Assembly (NCBI GenBank): GCA_026415775.1
Contig: JAOAGL010000001.1
Location: 6,282-70,281, forward strand
Source of the DNA: Patescibacteria group bacterium
GTDB taxonomy: Bacteria; Patescibacteriota; Minisyncoccia; UBA6257; JAAZHW01
Direction: 5' to 3'
Length of the DNA: 64,000 nt
The position numbers and the translations under genes were made by a program. Positions within the stretch are counted from its first letter, which is position 1. Every line of letters starts with the position of its first letter. This document shows positions 47,256 to 56,023 of this stretch, one piece after another. The notes under the pieces were generated by a model that ran no database searches, was not told where the DNA came from, and was given only the letters and a program-made list of their open reading frames with translations.

Positions 47256-49769
47256 TTAAAAAAGTTTATCCCATTGCTCTTGTTCAACTAAATTAATAAA
47301 TTCCCTTACATCAGTCGCGTAGCGCGAATCAACTTTGAGAACTTGCTGGGCGTATTCAATAGCTTTTTCTTTGTTATGTAGTTGAGCATAAGCAGCAGCT
47401 AATTTGATAAGAATTTCCAGGCGATTTTTTTGATATTGATTGGCTTTTTCTAAATAATTTATTACTTTATTGATGTGATCGGCGTCTTTTGGTGGATTGC
47501 TAATTTCTATAAAAACAGCTAAATCAATTAAACTTTTTACTTTGTTTAACAAAATCCCTTTTTGAAAGGCATTTAATTTTTCATTTTGGAGCAATTTTTC
47601 GGTTTTGCTAATTTCTTCATCAATTAAACCAATCATTTTTCCTCTGGTTTGGAATAAAGTTATTTGCGAGACAACATTCATTATAAAATCAGAAGATTTT
47701 TCTAGATAAAATTCATAACCATTATCAAAAGCAGTATTTATATATTCAAACACTTCTTCTTCATTTTTCCCATCTTGAATGGCTAAAATTGCTTTTAACC
47801 ACCATGCTGGCGCGTATTTCGGAGTTTTTTCCAAAAGCTCCGCTAGCTCTTTTTGCGTTTTCTCTTTTGATGGTTGACTTAAAACATATTGCATCAAAAA
47901 ATCACTTCTTTTAGAATAATTTTTCTTTAAAAATCCAAAATATTCGTCCATTTCACTATAATACTTTTGCCTTTCTTCATCAGATAAATTAGGTTGCTTG
48001 GGCATTTGTGAGGCAATGTAAGATAAATAAACATAAAAATCTACCATTGGCTCGCGTTTATAACCAGACAATAATTGTTCTTTAATTTTTTCATAAAAAT
48101 TAACCACTTGATTTTTATCGGCTTTAATCTGGCCAGAACTACTATATGTTAAATAGGAAAAGAAGTAATCAGCCCATGGTTTTTTAATTTCGGTATTGAT
48201 AAAAGTATTGAGCTTTACCGCTTTTTCAAAAGTTTGGAATCTCCCTGCTAAATCCTGCGGATTAACCCGATTAGCTTCATAAACCAATTGGGCAGCTTTA
48301 TAAGGTTTATAATCAACATGGTAAAAAATAAAAGCGGCAATTAATAAAATTATTCCAATAATTAATAAATCCAAAACATCAAAAGCTTTTTTTGGAATAA
48401 ATATTTTTTGCTCTATTTTCTTCTCTGATGAAACTTTTTTAATCTTTATATCTTCCGTCGATAAATTAACAAAAGCTAAAAAGAAAAAGAAAAAGATAGA
48501 ATTGGCCGGCGTATCAAAAACAAAAAAATTATGAACATTATAAGCTATAAAAAGCGAGAAAATAAGAATCCAGCTAATCTTATCTTTAAAGGTTTCTGAT
48601 AATTTAATCTTTTTGAAAATTAAATAGCCAACCACCGCCAACAAAAACACATAAGCCAAAAATCCAACAATCCCATTCATTACTAAAACATCAAAAAATT
48701 TATTATGCGCCCTATCAAAACGCTCATGGCTTAAAGCGTAATCATTAGCATCGTAATGACTATCAAAAACAGCGTAATACATATCCTGTCCATAACCAAA
48801 AATCGGTCTTTCTTTCCACCAATTAAAACTACGCTGCCAATTTAAAATACGAGCGCGAGTGGAAGCATCTGATAAAGAAATACTAGCTAAACGTCCAATA
48901 AAAGGAATTTTTTCGCTGATAACGCTTTTTTGAATTTGCGGTTGAAAAACAAAAAATAAAATACCTAAAATAACAATGGCGCCAGAAACAAGAGCGCTAA
49001 TTTTTTTATATTGTTTATTGGGAATAGTAAAAATACTCAAAATCAAACCAACGAATAAACCAAAAACTAAGCCTAAAATTGAGCCGCGCGTCTGCGCCCA
49101 AAGAAAAACAAAAAAGGAAACTGCGCCCATTATTATTACCAGATTTTTTTGCTGTTTTAATTCGGCTTTGTGAGCAAAATTAAGATAATACCAGACAATC
49201 AAAAACAAATGCACCAACAAAAAACCAGCAAAAAAAGTTGGATTGCCAAAAACGCCGCCCGGTCGCGTTAAATTTTCACCGGTTGGGATAGCAACAATTC
49301 TGAAAACTTCCAAAATAGGAAAAATAGCACCGAAAAAACTAATACAAATTGAAGTAAAAACTAATTTGCGAATTGCTTCTTTATCATTGAAAAAAATTGA
49401 AGAAATAGCTAAAAAGAAACCATAAAAATGAAGTAATGAAATAAAACCTTCCATTCGCTCAGCATTGCCCCAAAAACTGCGATAAGGTACAAGGCTAAAA
49501 ATGCAGCTAATTAAAATAGCGAAATAAAAAACCGAAACAGCGATTGTTAATAAATTAAAGCGCGGTCGATATTTTTGAAAATTAATCAACATCAAAATTG
49601 CCCAAACAACTAAAAGCAAAAGTGTTGAAATTTGAAAAGGAAACATTTTGCCCAGAATAAACGGCCGCAAAATATTGGGCAAAAAAATCAAAGCAGAAAA
49701 CAAAGCAGCGGCCACCAAAAAGAATGCAACTTTTTTTAAATTATTTTCCAAAGAAATTAATTGACTCAT
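47256..49769 (-). CDS. O-antigen ligase (Wzy_C)-like polytopic membrane protein with C-terminal TPR-like domain
   Basis: 837 aa. About 12 TM helices in the N-terminal two-thirds. C-terminal soluble region has TPR-like heptads (…LHNKEKAIEYAQQVLKVDSRY…). Confidence 0.6.
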   Translation of the reverse strand: MSQLISLENNLKKVAFFLVAAALFSALIFLPNILRPFILGKMFPFQISTLLLLVVWAILMLINFQKYRPRFNLLTIAVSVFYFAILISCIFSLVPYRSFWGNAERMEGFISLLHFYGFFLAISSIFFNDKEAIRKLVFTSICISFFGAIFPILEVFRIVAIPTGENLTRPGGVFGNPTFFAGFLLVHLFLIVWYYLNFAHKAELKQQKNLVIIMGAVSFFVFLWAQTRGSILGLVFGLFVGLILSIFTIPNKQYKKISALVSGAIVILGILFFVFQPQIQKSVISEKIPFIGRLASISLSDASTRARILNWQRSFNWWKERPIFGYGQDMYYAVFDSHYDANDYALSHERFDRAHNKFFDVLVMNGIVGFLAYVFLLAVVGYLIFKKIKLSETFKDKISWILIFSLFIAYNVHNFFVFDTPANSIFFFFFLAFVNLSTEDIKIKKVSSEKKIEQKIFIPKKAFDVLDLLIIGIILLIAAFIFYHVDYKPYKAAQLVYEANRVNPQDLAGRFQTFEKAVKLNTFINTEIKKPWADYFFSYLTYSSSGQIKADKNQVVNFYEKIKEQLLSGYKREPMVDFYVYLSYIASQMPKQPNLSDEERQKYYSEMDEYFGFLKKNYSKRSDFLMQYVLSQPSKEKTQKELAELLEKTPKYAPAWWLKAILAIQDGKNEEEVFEYINTAFDNGYEFYLEKSSDFIMNVVSQITLFQTRGKMIGLIDEEISKTEKLLQNEKLNAFQKGILLNKVKSLIDLAVFIEISNPPKDADHINKVINYLEKANQYQKNRLEILIKLAAAYAQLHNKEKAIEYAQQVLKVDSRYATDVREFINLVEQEQWDKLF

Positions 49770-49884
49770 TTTTTATTTATAACAATTAAAAGCGACAAGT
49801 ATATCTATTATTATAGATGATAATTTATTTTTTCCAAATTAAAAAAGCCCTTCTGGGGCTTTTATACTTTTATAGCAGAAAATT

Positions 49885-50706
49885 CTACAATCCTAATTCT
49901 TTTTTCAACTCATCAATAATCACCAAAGCATCCACACAACGATTGTTATTTAACAATTCATCAGCTTGTTTTAATTGAGAAATGATTCCTTCTTTGTCAT
50001 TATTGTCTAAACTTAAATAATCAACTATTTCTTTAAGCTGTGCCAAATCATTTTCTAAATAAACAGGGCAACGATTAATTTTATCCTCTGCTTCGGATTT
50101 TAAAGCAAAAACTTGATTTTCAACTTTTTCCAATTGATTTTGTATTTTTTCTACCTCGGTTGCCACCTCTTTTTTATTAACAGCCACTTGTTTCAAAGTT
50201 TCTTTTGCTTTATTTGTTTCTTTTTGTAATTGCTCAGATAGAGCCGCTAATTGCTGAGGATGTGAAATTTGTTTTAACTGTTGAGTTATATCTTCTAAAT
50301 TTTGCGTTAGGGTTTCAAAAGCCAATTGGTTATAATAATCGCCTACTTTTTTATTCAAATCATTCACCATCATCTGGGTGATGGCCATTTTTAAATCCAA
50401 TTTATATTGAGACGGCGCCAAAGCAATTATAGCTTTGTTCATTAAAATTTTAGCGCCATAAAGAGGGCTATCAATGGATGCTGTTTGGGCTAAATTAACC
50501 GCGCCACTCAATAAAAGCATTACAGCGCAAAAAACCGCTGCTAATTTATATCCCAAAGAAAAAACAAAAATAGGCGCTTTGGCGCTTTTTTGTTCTATTC
50601 TATCAATCTGAGCTATTAAAACTCTTTTACTGGAAACAAGCCATTCTTTATCTGGCTTTACCATTTTTAATTGTCTAATCCGCGCGATAATATCAGCTTT
50701 TTTCAT
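49885..50706 (-). CDS. Hypothetical single-pass membrane coiled-coil protein (DUF5667-like)
   Basis: 273 aa. N-terminal cytoplasmic segment, one TM, and a Gln/Glu/Lys-rich coiled-coil body. Bidirectional terminator GCCCC-AGAA-GGGC at 49846-49870. Confidence 0.4.
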   Translation of the reverse strand: MKKADIIARIRQLKMVKPDKEWLVSSKRVLIAQIDRIEQKSAKAPIFVFSLGYKLAAVFCAVMLLLSGAVNLAQTASIDSPLYGAKILMNKAIIALAPSQYKLDLKMAITQMMVNDLNKKVGDYYNQLAFETLTQNLEDITQQLKQISHPQQLAALSEQLQKETNKAKETLKQVAVNKKEVATEVEKIQNQLEKVENQVFALKSEAEDKINRCPVYLENDLAQLKEIVDYLSLDNNDKEGIISQLKQADELLNNNRCVDALVIIDELKKELGL

Positions 50707-50756
50707 ATTTGCCTCTCTATAATATATAACGAAAAAAGCGGCAAAATATTACTACA

Positions 50757-52430
50757 TCAATATCCAAACCATTCACGATTGGCCACTACCCGTGTTAATG
50801 GCCCAAAATAACCCGTTGGCGGCAAGCCGTATTTTTGCTGATATTTTTGGATAGCGGCTTTTGTTAAATCCAAAAAGTTCCCCGTGATTAATCCGCCACC
50901 ATAAATACTCGGCTCTTTCTCTGACAACATCTTTTGCAAACATTTCACATCATTATCATTCTTTAAACCATAATACAAATCTCTCTGAAAACGCGAGCAG
51001 GAAATAGTTGTTTGATTTGTGGCATTTAATTGAGCAACAAGCATTGCTAATTGAGCTTTAAGTTGAGCAATGCGTTGATTAAGCATTTCAATTAAAGTGG
51101 AGTTATTAGAAACACTGCTTGAAACTTGCGCGTCATATTTAAATAAAGCGCTACCCGCTGAATTATTAGTAATAAGAGGCAAAAGATAAAGCGCGTTAAT
51201 ATTAACACCGAAATCAGAAATAGAAATCGTCCCTTTATTGTTGTCTTTATTAGAAACTGTTTCTATTTTTTTATTATTCGCTTTATCAACGCTGATATAA
51301 GTTAAAACAAACTGCGTATCCTGCGGAAATTCATAATAAACTTTTAAATCGCCTCGACCGCCGCTGATTTTAATCCAAGTGCCAGCGTATAAATTTAGAT
51401 AGCTATTGGCGGTTAAAGAAGCAGTACCATATTCAGGCAAATAAGTGGTATAAGGGTAGATGCGGAAATTGCTCAAATTAGGATTATCAAAGCAATAAAG
51501 CTTACCCAAAGAACAATCATTAAAAAGCATCGCAATTAACCAATTGCGAAAAAGAGTATTAAAATCTTCTGAATAACCATTTTTTGCCAAAGCGTAATTA
51601 ACCGAAGCAATGCCAGTTAAATTAGAACGCAGCGAATCAACCAAAATTTTAATGCCATATTTCTCAACAATATATTCAGCCAAAAGATGAACAGCCGCAT
51701 AATCACTATTTGTCCCTTTGAATTCCAACAACGAAAAATTGGGATTTTGACGCAAAGCATTCAGACGTTTTTCTAAAATACTGCCAGCTAAATTATTGTT
51801 ATAACCTAAAAAAGTGGAAAAATAATCTGAGCGCGCTTCTGCCAGCCAACGCTCATCTTCGGAATTAACAAAAATGCCTTTTTGATTAAACGAAATGAGA
51901 TGTAAAACTTCATGAGCAAGATAATAGCCGATTTGCTGAGGAGGTGTATCTAAAAAAATCGCGGTATTTAAATAAACCATCTCGTGCTGATTGGAAAAAT
52001 TATTGGCTGAAGCGGGCAATGAATCAACAAAGCGAGCATAACCAAGAAAATTTTCTTTTAAGGGATGAATTAAAATATAAATGCGGGTGTCATTATCATA
52101 ACCAGGGATAGCCTCGGAGCCAAAGGTTGCTGTAATTTTCGGATAATCATAGTTTTCAAAATAACTGGCTAAAGAGAAAATTTTGGCATTGATATTATTT
52201 TGGTCAGTAAACGTAAGGCTTTGCCACCAATTGGTATCAATGTAGAAATTGAGTTTATTAGTTTGATAAATGAGAATAGCGTTTATTTGATTGCGAGAAT
52301 AATAATCATAATCGCTTTCAACATAAAAAACGCTCTGCGAATTAATTGATTGAGCAGAAACAAAAAGCGGCGCAAACAAAATTAGCATTGAAATAAAAAT
52401 AAATTTCCAATTTTTGGTCTTTTTCGCCAT
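50757..52430 (-). CDS. Secreted HExxH metalloprotease-like protein with C-terminal coiled coil and peptidoglycan-binding domain
   Basis: Likely start MAKKTKNWKFIF... (signal peptide), so the ORF-track start at 52520 is probably too far upstream. YLAHEVLHL HExxH motif. C-terminal LNQRIAQLKAQLAMLVAQL and PG_binding_1-like ...KYQQKYGLPPTGYFGPLTR. Confidence 0.55.
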   Translation of the reverse strand: MAKKTKNWKFIFISMLILFAPLFVSAQSINSQSVFYVESDYDYYSRNQINAILIYQTNKLNFYIDTNWWQSLTFTDQNNINAKIFSLASYFENYDYPKITATFGSEAIPGYDNDTRIYILIHPLKENFLGYARFVDSLPASANNFSNQHEMVYLNTAIFLDTPPQQIGYYLAHEVLHLISFNQKGIFVNSEDERWLAEARSDYFSTFLGYNNNLAGSILEKRLNALRQNPNFSLLEFKGTNSDYAAVHLLAEYIVEKYGIKILVDSLRSNLTGIASVNYALAKNGYSEDFNTLFRNWLIAMLFNDCSLGKLYCFDNPNLSNFRIYPYTTYLPEYGTASLTANSYLNLYAGTWIKISGGRGDLKVYYEFPQDTQFVLTYISVDKANNKKIETVSNKDNNKGTISISDFGVNINALYLLPLITNNSAGSALFKYDAQVSSSVSNNSTLIEMLNQRIAQLKAQLAMLVAQLNATNQTTISCSRFQRDLYYGLKNDNDVKCLQKMLSEKEPSIYGGGLITGNFLDLTKAAIQKYQQKYGLPPTGYFGPLTRVVANREWFGY

Positions 52431-52516
52431 TTTCTTGATTATAAAATAAAAGAGGTGGTGTTTCAATGATTTGAAAAAGAAAAGCGGCTGCGTTGTTCCA
52501 ACGCAGCCGCTTGAGT

Positions 52517-53350
52517 TCAATTTTCCTCCCTAAAGTCCCGCAGGGACATGCCCCGCGGGTTTCTTTCTACATCATCCTCTGCGCGGAGAGGAAGCTTTTT
52601 TCCTCTCCTTTTTTCTACTTTTTTTTCTACATCGACCTTGACCTTCTTCTGCTCCCGGTCTGATGGTACTTCAACGGGAACGGGATCAGGAAGAAATGGC
52701 TGAGAGTGAGGGGAAGGCTGCTGGGGCTGTGGAGGGTTCATCCTCGGCCGAGGAGTACTCGACCGAAGAACATTCTCCAATCCCTTTTCCCACTGGGGAT
52801 TGGAGATGCGATCGGGCTCGAAAAGCTCGACCGCCACTTCTAGAAGTTCCTCCGTGACCTCGCCGCGGAGAAACTCCCGGAGTCCCTCCTTGTCCCGCAC
52901 AAAGTGCGGGACATCAATCGCTACCCGCTCCTTTTGCAGGAGCTGGTAACGAGCCCCCTGGCGGACTACTGCAAGGTAATCCGCCACTAGTTTTCGGCCA
53001 TGGAACCGCACCACGGTTCCATTCCGAAAAACTATGAGCCATTTCTCCAACTTTTGATTAAAGCGGGGAGTGACTCTTTTGCCTTCCCCTACCAGCACCA
53101 CCCAGCCACGAGGGCCAGGAACGGCCAGCGAGAGCTGAAACCAGTGAGGCTGCCCTAGTTGGGGCAGTATCACCCACGGTTTCACCTCCCCTGTGGAGAG
53201 GATTTCGCACGGGATTTTCACCCGTGCATCCTCACCAAGGTAGACGCCCTGCAGGGCGCCTCCCTTGATTCTCTGCCGAATTTCTCGGCAGAATTCCTGC
53301 CCGAGCCGCTCCCAGACGGCCCAACATCTTAAAAATTTTAAGCCTATCAT
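52517..53350 (-). CDS. Hypothetical protein, GC-rich (about 50% GC) gene, Pro/Arg-rich C-terminus
   Basis: 277 aa. Composition (R, G, P, V rich) and codon usage are unlike neighbouring genes. No recognised domain. Own terminator GCGGCTGCGTT-GTTCCAA-CGCAGCCGC at about 52470-52505. Confidence 0.5.
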   Translation of the reverse strand: MIGLKFLRCWAVWERLGQEFCREIRQRIKGGALQGVYLGEDARVKIPCEILSTGEVKPWVILPQLGQPHWFQLSLAVPGPRGWVVLVGEGKRVTPRFNQKLEKWLIVFRNGTVVRFHGRKLVADYLAVVRQGARYQLLQKERVAIDVPHFVRDKEGLREFLRGEVTEELLEVAVELFEPDRISNPQWEKGLENVLRSSTPRPRMNPPQPQQPSPHSQPFLPDPVPVEVPSDREQKKVKVDVEKKVEKRRGKKLPLRAEDDVERNPRGMSLRDFREEN

Positions 53351-53427
53351 TTTAAACCTCCTTTTAAATTTTCAAACAAGGTGTGGCCCGGGCCGACAGC
53401 CCTGACGGTTCACCTTGCGCTGATTTA

Positions 53428-53456
53428 AGAATATCATAAAAACTCAAAAAAGTCAA
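53428..53456 (-). promoter_or_regulatory. Sigma70-type promoter (TTGACT-N17-TGaTATTCT) for the 277-aa GC-rich gene
   Basis: Minus-strand reading ATATTGACTTTTTTGAGTTTTTATGATATTCT. Member of the repeated promoter module. Confidence 0.55.
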
Positions 53457-53476
53457 TATAAATAAAAAGGAGGGAC

Positions 53477-54091
53477 TTAGTCCCTCCAACGATCGGGTGA
53501 GGAGGATGTTAAATCCTCCTTCACCCACACTGAGTTCCTTTCCAGAATGGAAAGGAACTCTTCGTACGTCCGCGGTCTTTTCAAACCGCGGACGTAAACA
53601 ATCACCTCCCGCGGAGCGCGGGAGGGATTGTGGTCCCAGGAGGTTAAATACCTTAACCTCCCGGCACCATCTCTCTTGATGCCATTAATGGCATCAAGAG
53701 AGACCCCCAGCCTCTGGAGGACCTTCTCCAGGTCCTCCATAGACCGGAAGCACCACATTGCCCTAAAGGGCAACTGGTGCTCCCGGCAATATCGCCGGGG
53801 GAAATCTCTGTCTTCCTCCACAGGAGGAAGACAGAGGACTTTGTGTGGGGAAATCCGGTAAACTCTACCGGATTTCACCTTCCATAACCCTCCTCCGCGG
53901 GAGGAGGAAATAATCCTTCCTCCCGTACCCACTTCCAGGATCCACCCGGAAGTGGGGTCCTGGGGATCCGGGACCAGAATCATTCTGGCTCCAGAATCCC
54001 CCTTCCGAATTACTTGCGGCCCAGCCGCAAGCAATTCGGAGGAAACCAGAATTTCAAAAAAATTTGCCATTTTTTCCTCCTTTTCCCCCAC
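53477..54091 (-). CDS. Hypothetical protein, GC-rich gene
   Basis: 204 aa, Arg/Gly/Ser-rich. Preceded by RBS AAGGAGGAAAAAATG and a structured GC-rich 5' leader. No recognised domain. Confidence 0.5.
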   Translation of the reverse strand: MGEKEEKMANFFEILVSSELLAAGPQVIRKGDSGARMILVPDPQDPTSGWILEVGTGGRIISSSRGGGLWKVKSGRVYRISPHKVLCLPPVEEDRDFPRRYCREHQLPFRAMWCFRSMEDLEKVLQRLGVSLDAINGIKRDGAGRLRYLTSWDHNPSRAPREVIVYVRGLKRPRTYEEFLSILERNSVWVKEDLTSSSPDRWRD

Positions 54092-54173
54092 CTGCCTTAC
54101 GGTCAGGTGCCCACCTTTTTCTAAACAAAAAAAGGTGGGGTTTTAAGGGTTATTTTTTTAAATGGCTACATAT

Positions 54174-54202
54174 ATTATATCATAAAAAATTCAAAAAGTC
54201 AA
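54174..54202 (-). promoter_or_regulatory. Near-consensus sigma70 promoter (TTGACT-N17-TGATATAAT) for the 204-aa GC-rich gene
   Basis: Minus-strand reading TTGACTTTTTGAATTTTTTATGATATAAT. Perfect extended -10. Confidence 0.65.
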
Positions 54203-54238
54203 TAGAGTGCCAATTCAAACTAAAAAAGAAAAGCGGGT

Positions 54239-54445
54239 CTAAAAACCCGCTTTTTTCCTAAATTTTTCTCTTTCTTTCTCCTTTCTGTCCTCTAGGACAG
54301 AAAGGAGAAGTATCAGCAACACAGAAGCCAACATTAACCCCCCTGTTAGCGCCGTCCACCCTATCTTCTCCTGCCCCCACGGCCGAAAGCCGAAGAGGAG
54401 GAGATTTTCAATAATTAACAAAAACAATAAAAAATATTTCATCAC
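54239..54445 (-). CDS. Small hydrophobic membrane peptide (hypothetical)
   Basis: 68 aa with two hydrophobic segments. Shares an operon with the lytic transglycosylase. Terminator hairpin GCGGGTTTTTAGACCCGC at 54225-54256. Confidence 0.35.
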   Translation of the reverse strand: MMKYFLLFLLIIENLLLFGFRPWGQEKIGWTALTGGLMLASVLLILLLSVLEDRKEKEREKFRKKAGF

Positions 54446-54457
54446 AACCTCCTTTTT

Positions 54458-55234
54458 TTATTTTAGAAAGTTTGAATACGTAATTATAGCAAGAACATAT
54501 GCTAAATCGTGATTGTAACTTAAAATAGCCTCCTTCTGCCTATAAAAATCACCTCTCTTCCAACCATGAGCACGCAGATAACGAGCAACGCTCATAACCG
54601 CGTCATCAACCTTATTCAAATCAACTCTACCATCGCCATCTCCATCAACCCCATACTGCAGGTAAGAAGATGGAAGAAATTGAGGCAGGCCGAACGCGCC
54701 CATATAAGATCCACTATAGTTATATGGATCTTCATGATTTTTTCTAGCTATCAAAAACAGATTAAGCATCTCTTTTTCCGCAAAATCCGCTCGAAAATCC
54801 AAAATAAGCATTGAATAAAAGGTTGATATCAGACGACGTCTACCAACAAAACTGCCAAAATTCGTTTCCAACCGAAGAATAGCCACAATCACTTCTTTGG
54901 ACACTTGAAATTCTTTTTCGGATCTTTCCAAAACTGATTTGTTTTCTGTAAGAAATTCCCGACCGCGAGCAATGGAATTCAGTGAAAACAAACCAAATGC
55001 CGCTTCAAAATAATCTACCTTCTTCTTTTTGAGTTCCCCAATATCATTATAAAATTCCAACCGCGGATCGGAAAAAATTTTCTCCAGCTCAGAACGCGCA
55101 AATCTCTCTTTCTCTAATTTTTTTACTGCTCTTTCTAAAGCTGGCGGGAATTCTTTTTCTTCTCCCAGAAGAATTATGGCCAACAGTGCCAAAAATAATA
55201 AAAGCAACAGTGCTTTCTTTCCTTCATCTTTCAT
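54458..55234 (-). CDS. Lytic murein transglycosylase (MltB/SLT family 3-like)
   Basis: 258 aa. Signal/TM then ...YMGAFGLPQFLPSSYLQYGVDGDGDGRVDL... (GxxQFxP and EF-hand-like Asp loop typical of MltB-type enzymes). Confidence 0.7.
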   Translation of the reverse strand: MKDEGKKALLLLLFLALLAIILLGEEKEFPPALERAVKKLEKERFARSELEKIFSDPRLEFYNDIGELKKKKVDYFEAAFGLFSLNSIARGREFLTENKSVLERSEKEFQVSKEVIVAILRLETNFGSFVGRRRLISTFYSMLILDFRADFAEKEMLNLFLIARKNHEDPYNYSGSYMGAFGLPQFLPSSYLQYGVDGDGDGRVDLNKVDDAVMSVARYLRAHGWKRGDFYRQKEAILSYNHDLAYVLAIITYSNFLK

Positions 55235-55254
55235 TGCCTTCCTCCTTTTTTAAT

Positions 55255-55557
55255 TTAATTAAAGTATTTCGTTAGCAAAATTTTTCTAAATCCATTTTTC
55301 CACATAACCTCCATAGCCTGCAACTTTCCTCCTCCAAAAAGCACTCTAATCCCAAAAAATTTTGGTTCGCCATCCTTAAATCTAGTTAGTCCAATAACAT
55401 GACCCTCCTTTAATTTTGTAAAATCTACTTTGCTTAACCATTCGGAAACTTTATTGGCATCTTCTTCGGAAATTTCTTTTTGCACAAAAAGCAGGTCCAA
55501 AATCTTTATTGCTTCTTTTTCAATTTCTTCAATAAAATCATCAGTCAGTTCTTTCAT
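55255..55557 (-). CDS. Hypothetical small protein
   Basis: 100-aa acidic N-terminus. No motif recognised. Preceded by a promoter-module copy. Confidence 0.4.
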   Translation of the reverse strand: MKELTDDFIEEIEKEAIKILDLLFVQKEISEEDANKVSEWLSKVDFTKLKEGHVIGLTRFKDGEPKFFGIRVLFGGGKLQAMEVMWKNGFRKILLTKYFN

Positions 55558-55623
55558 TTTCTCCTCCTTTTTATACCCGAACCTTAAATGGGTTGGGCAT
55601 TTAATTATTAAAAAGCTGCCTAT

Positions 55624-55652
55624 ATTTCAGCATAAAAATTTTAAAAAGTCAA
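55624..55652 (-). promoter_or_regulatory. Sigma70-type promoter (TTGACT-N17-TGAAAT), member of the repeated module
   Basis: Minus-strand reading ATTGACTTTTTAAAATTTTTATGCTGAAATATA. Confidence 0.5.
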
Positions 55653-55660
55653 TGGTTTGA

Positions 55661-55701
55661 ATAAAAAATAAAAGCCCCAGCTCTTCGAGAAGAGCTGGGG
55701 C
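55661..55701 (-). terminator. Rho-independent terminator
   Basis: Minus strand: GCCCCAGCTCTTC-TCGA-AGAGCTGGGGC followed by TTTTATTTTTT. Confidence 0.8.
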
Positions 55702-55832
55702 CGTTCCGTACCTTTTTTTACGCCCCCGGAATTTTGGGGCAACCTCCTACTGATAGGAGGGTTGTTAAAAAATAACTAGTCCGGTGCCAATGGCCTTTTG
55801 GCCATCATTCTCACCTCCTTTTTTAAAATATC
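55702..55832 (-). ncRNA. Candidate small RNA / structured leader with a 10-codon ORF
   Basis: Lies between a perfect TTGACT-N17-TATAAT promoter (55839-55867) and the terminator at 55661-55701. Contains AGGAGGTG then ATGATGGCCAAAAGGCCATTGGCACCGGACTAG (MMAKRPLAPD), itself a palindrome (ATGGCC-AAAA-GGCCAT), plus further hairpins (CCTCCT-ATCAGT-AGGAGG; CCCC..GGGG). Confidence 0.4.
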
Positions 55833-55838
55833 TAAACT

Positions 55839-55867
55839 AATTATATCATAAATTATTTTTTAAGTCA
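55839..55867 (-). promoter_or_regulatory. Consensus-like sigma70 promoter (TTGACT-N17-TGATATAAT) driving the candidate sRNA
   Basis: Minus-strand reading TTGACTTAAAAAATAATTTATGATATAAT. Confidence 0.6.
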
Positions 55868-56023
55868 AGGGTGGAAAATTCAACGAATTTCCCCTGCTTT
55901 GGGAATCTTTGTTTTTTTATTAGTTAATAATCGCCAGAAATTATAAATAAAAAACTGCTCCCGCCGAAAGGCGGGAGCAGCCAAAGCTGGGATTAACCCA
56001 GCCAACCCCTCAAGGAAAGGGTG

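Noticed and set aside
52431-52520. 30-codon N-terminal extension of the PG-binding metalloprotease ORF (MNSSGCVGTTQPLFFFKSLKHH...)
   Set aside because: The extension spans the GC-rich terminator hairpin of the upstream gene. An internal Met (MAKKTKNW...) followed by a classic signal peptide is the more plausible start.
55770-55802. 10-codon ORF MMAKRPLAPD as a bona fide protein-coding gene
   Set aside because: It is too short to support as a CDS from sequence alone, and the start region is itself a hairpin. It is retained only as part of the candidate sRNA/leader finding.
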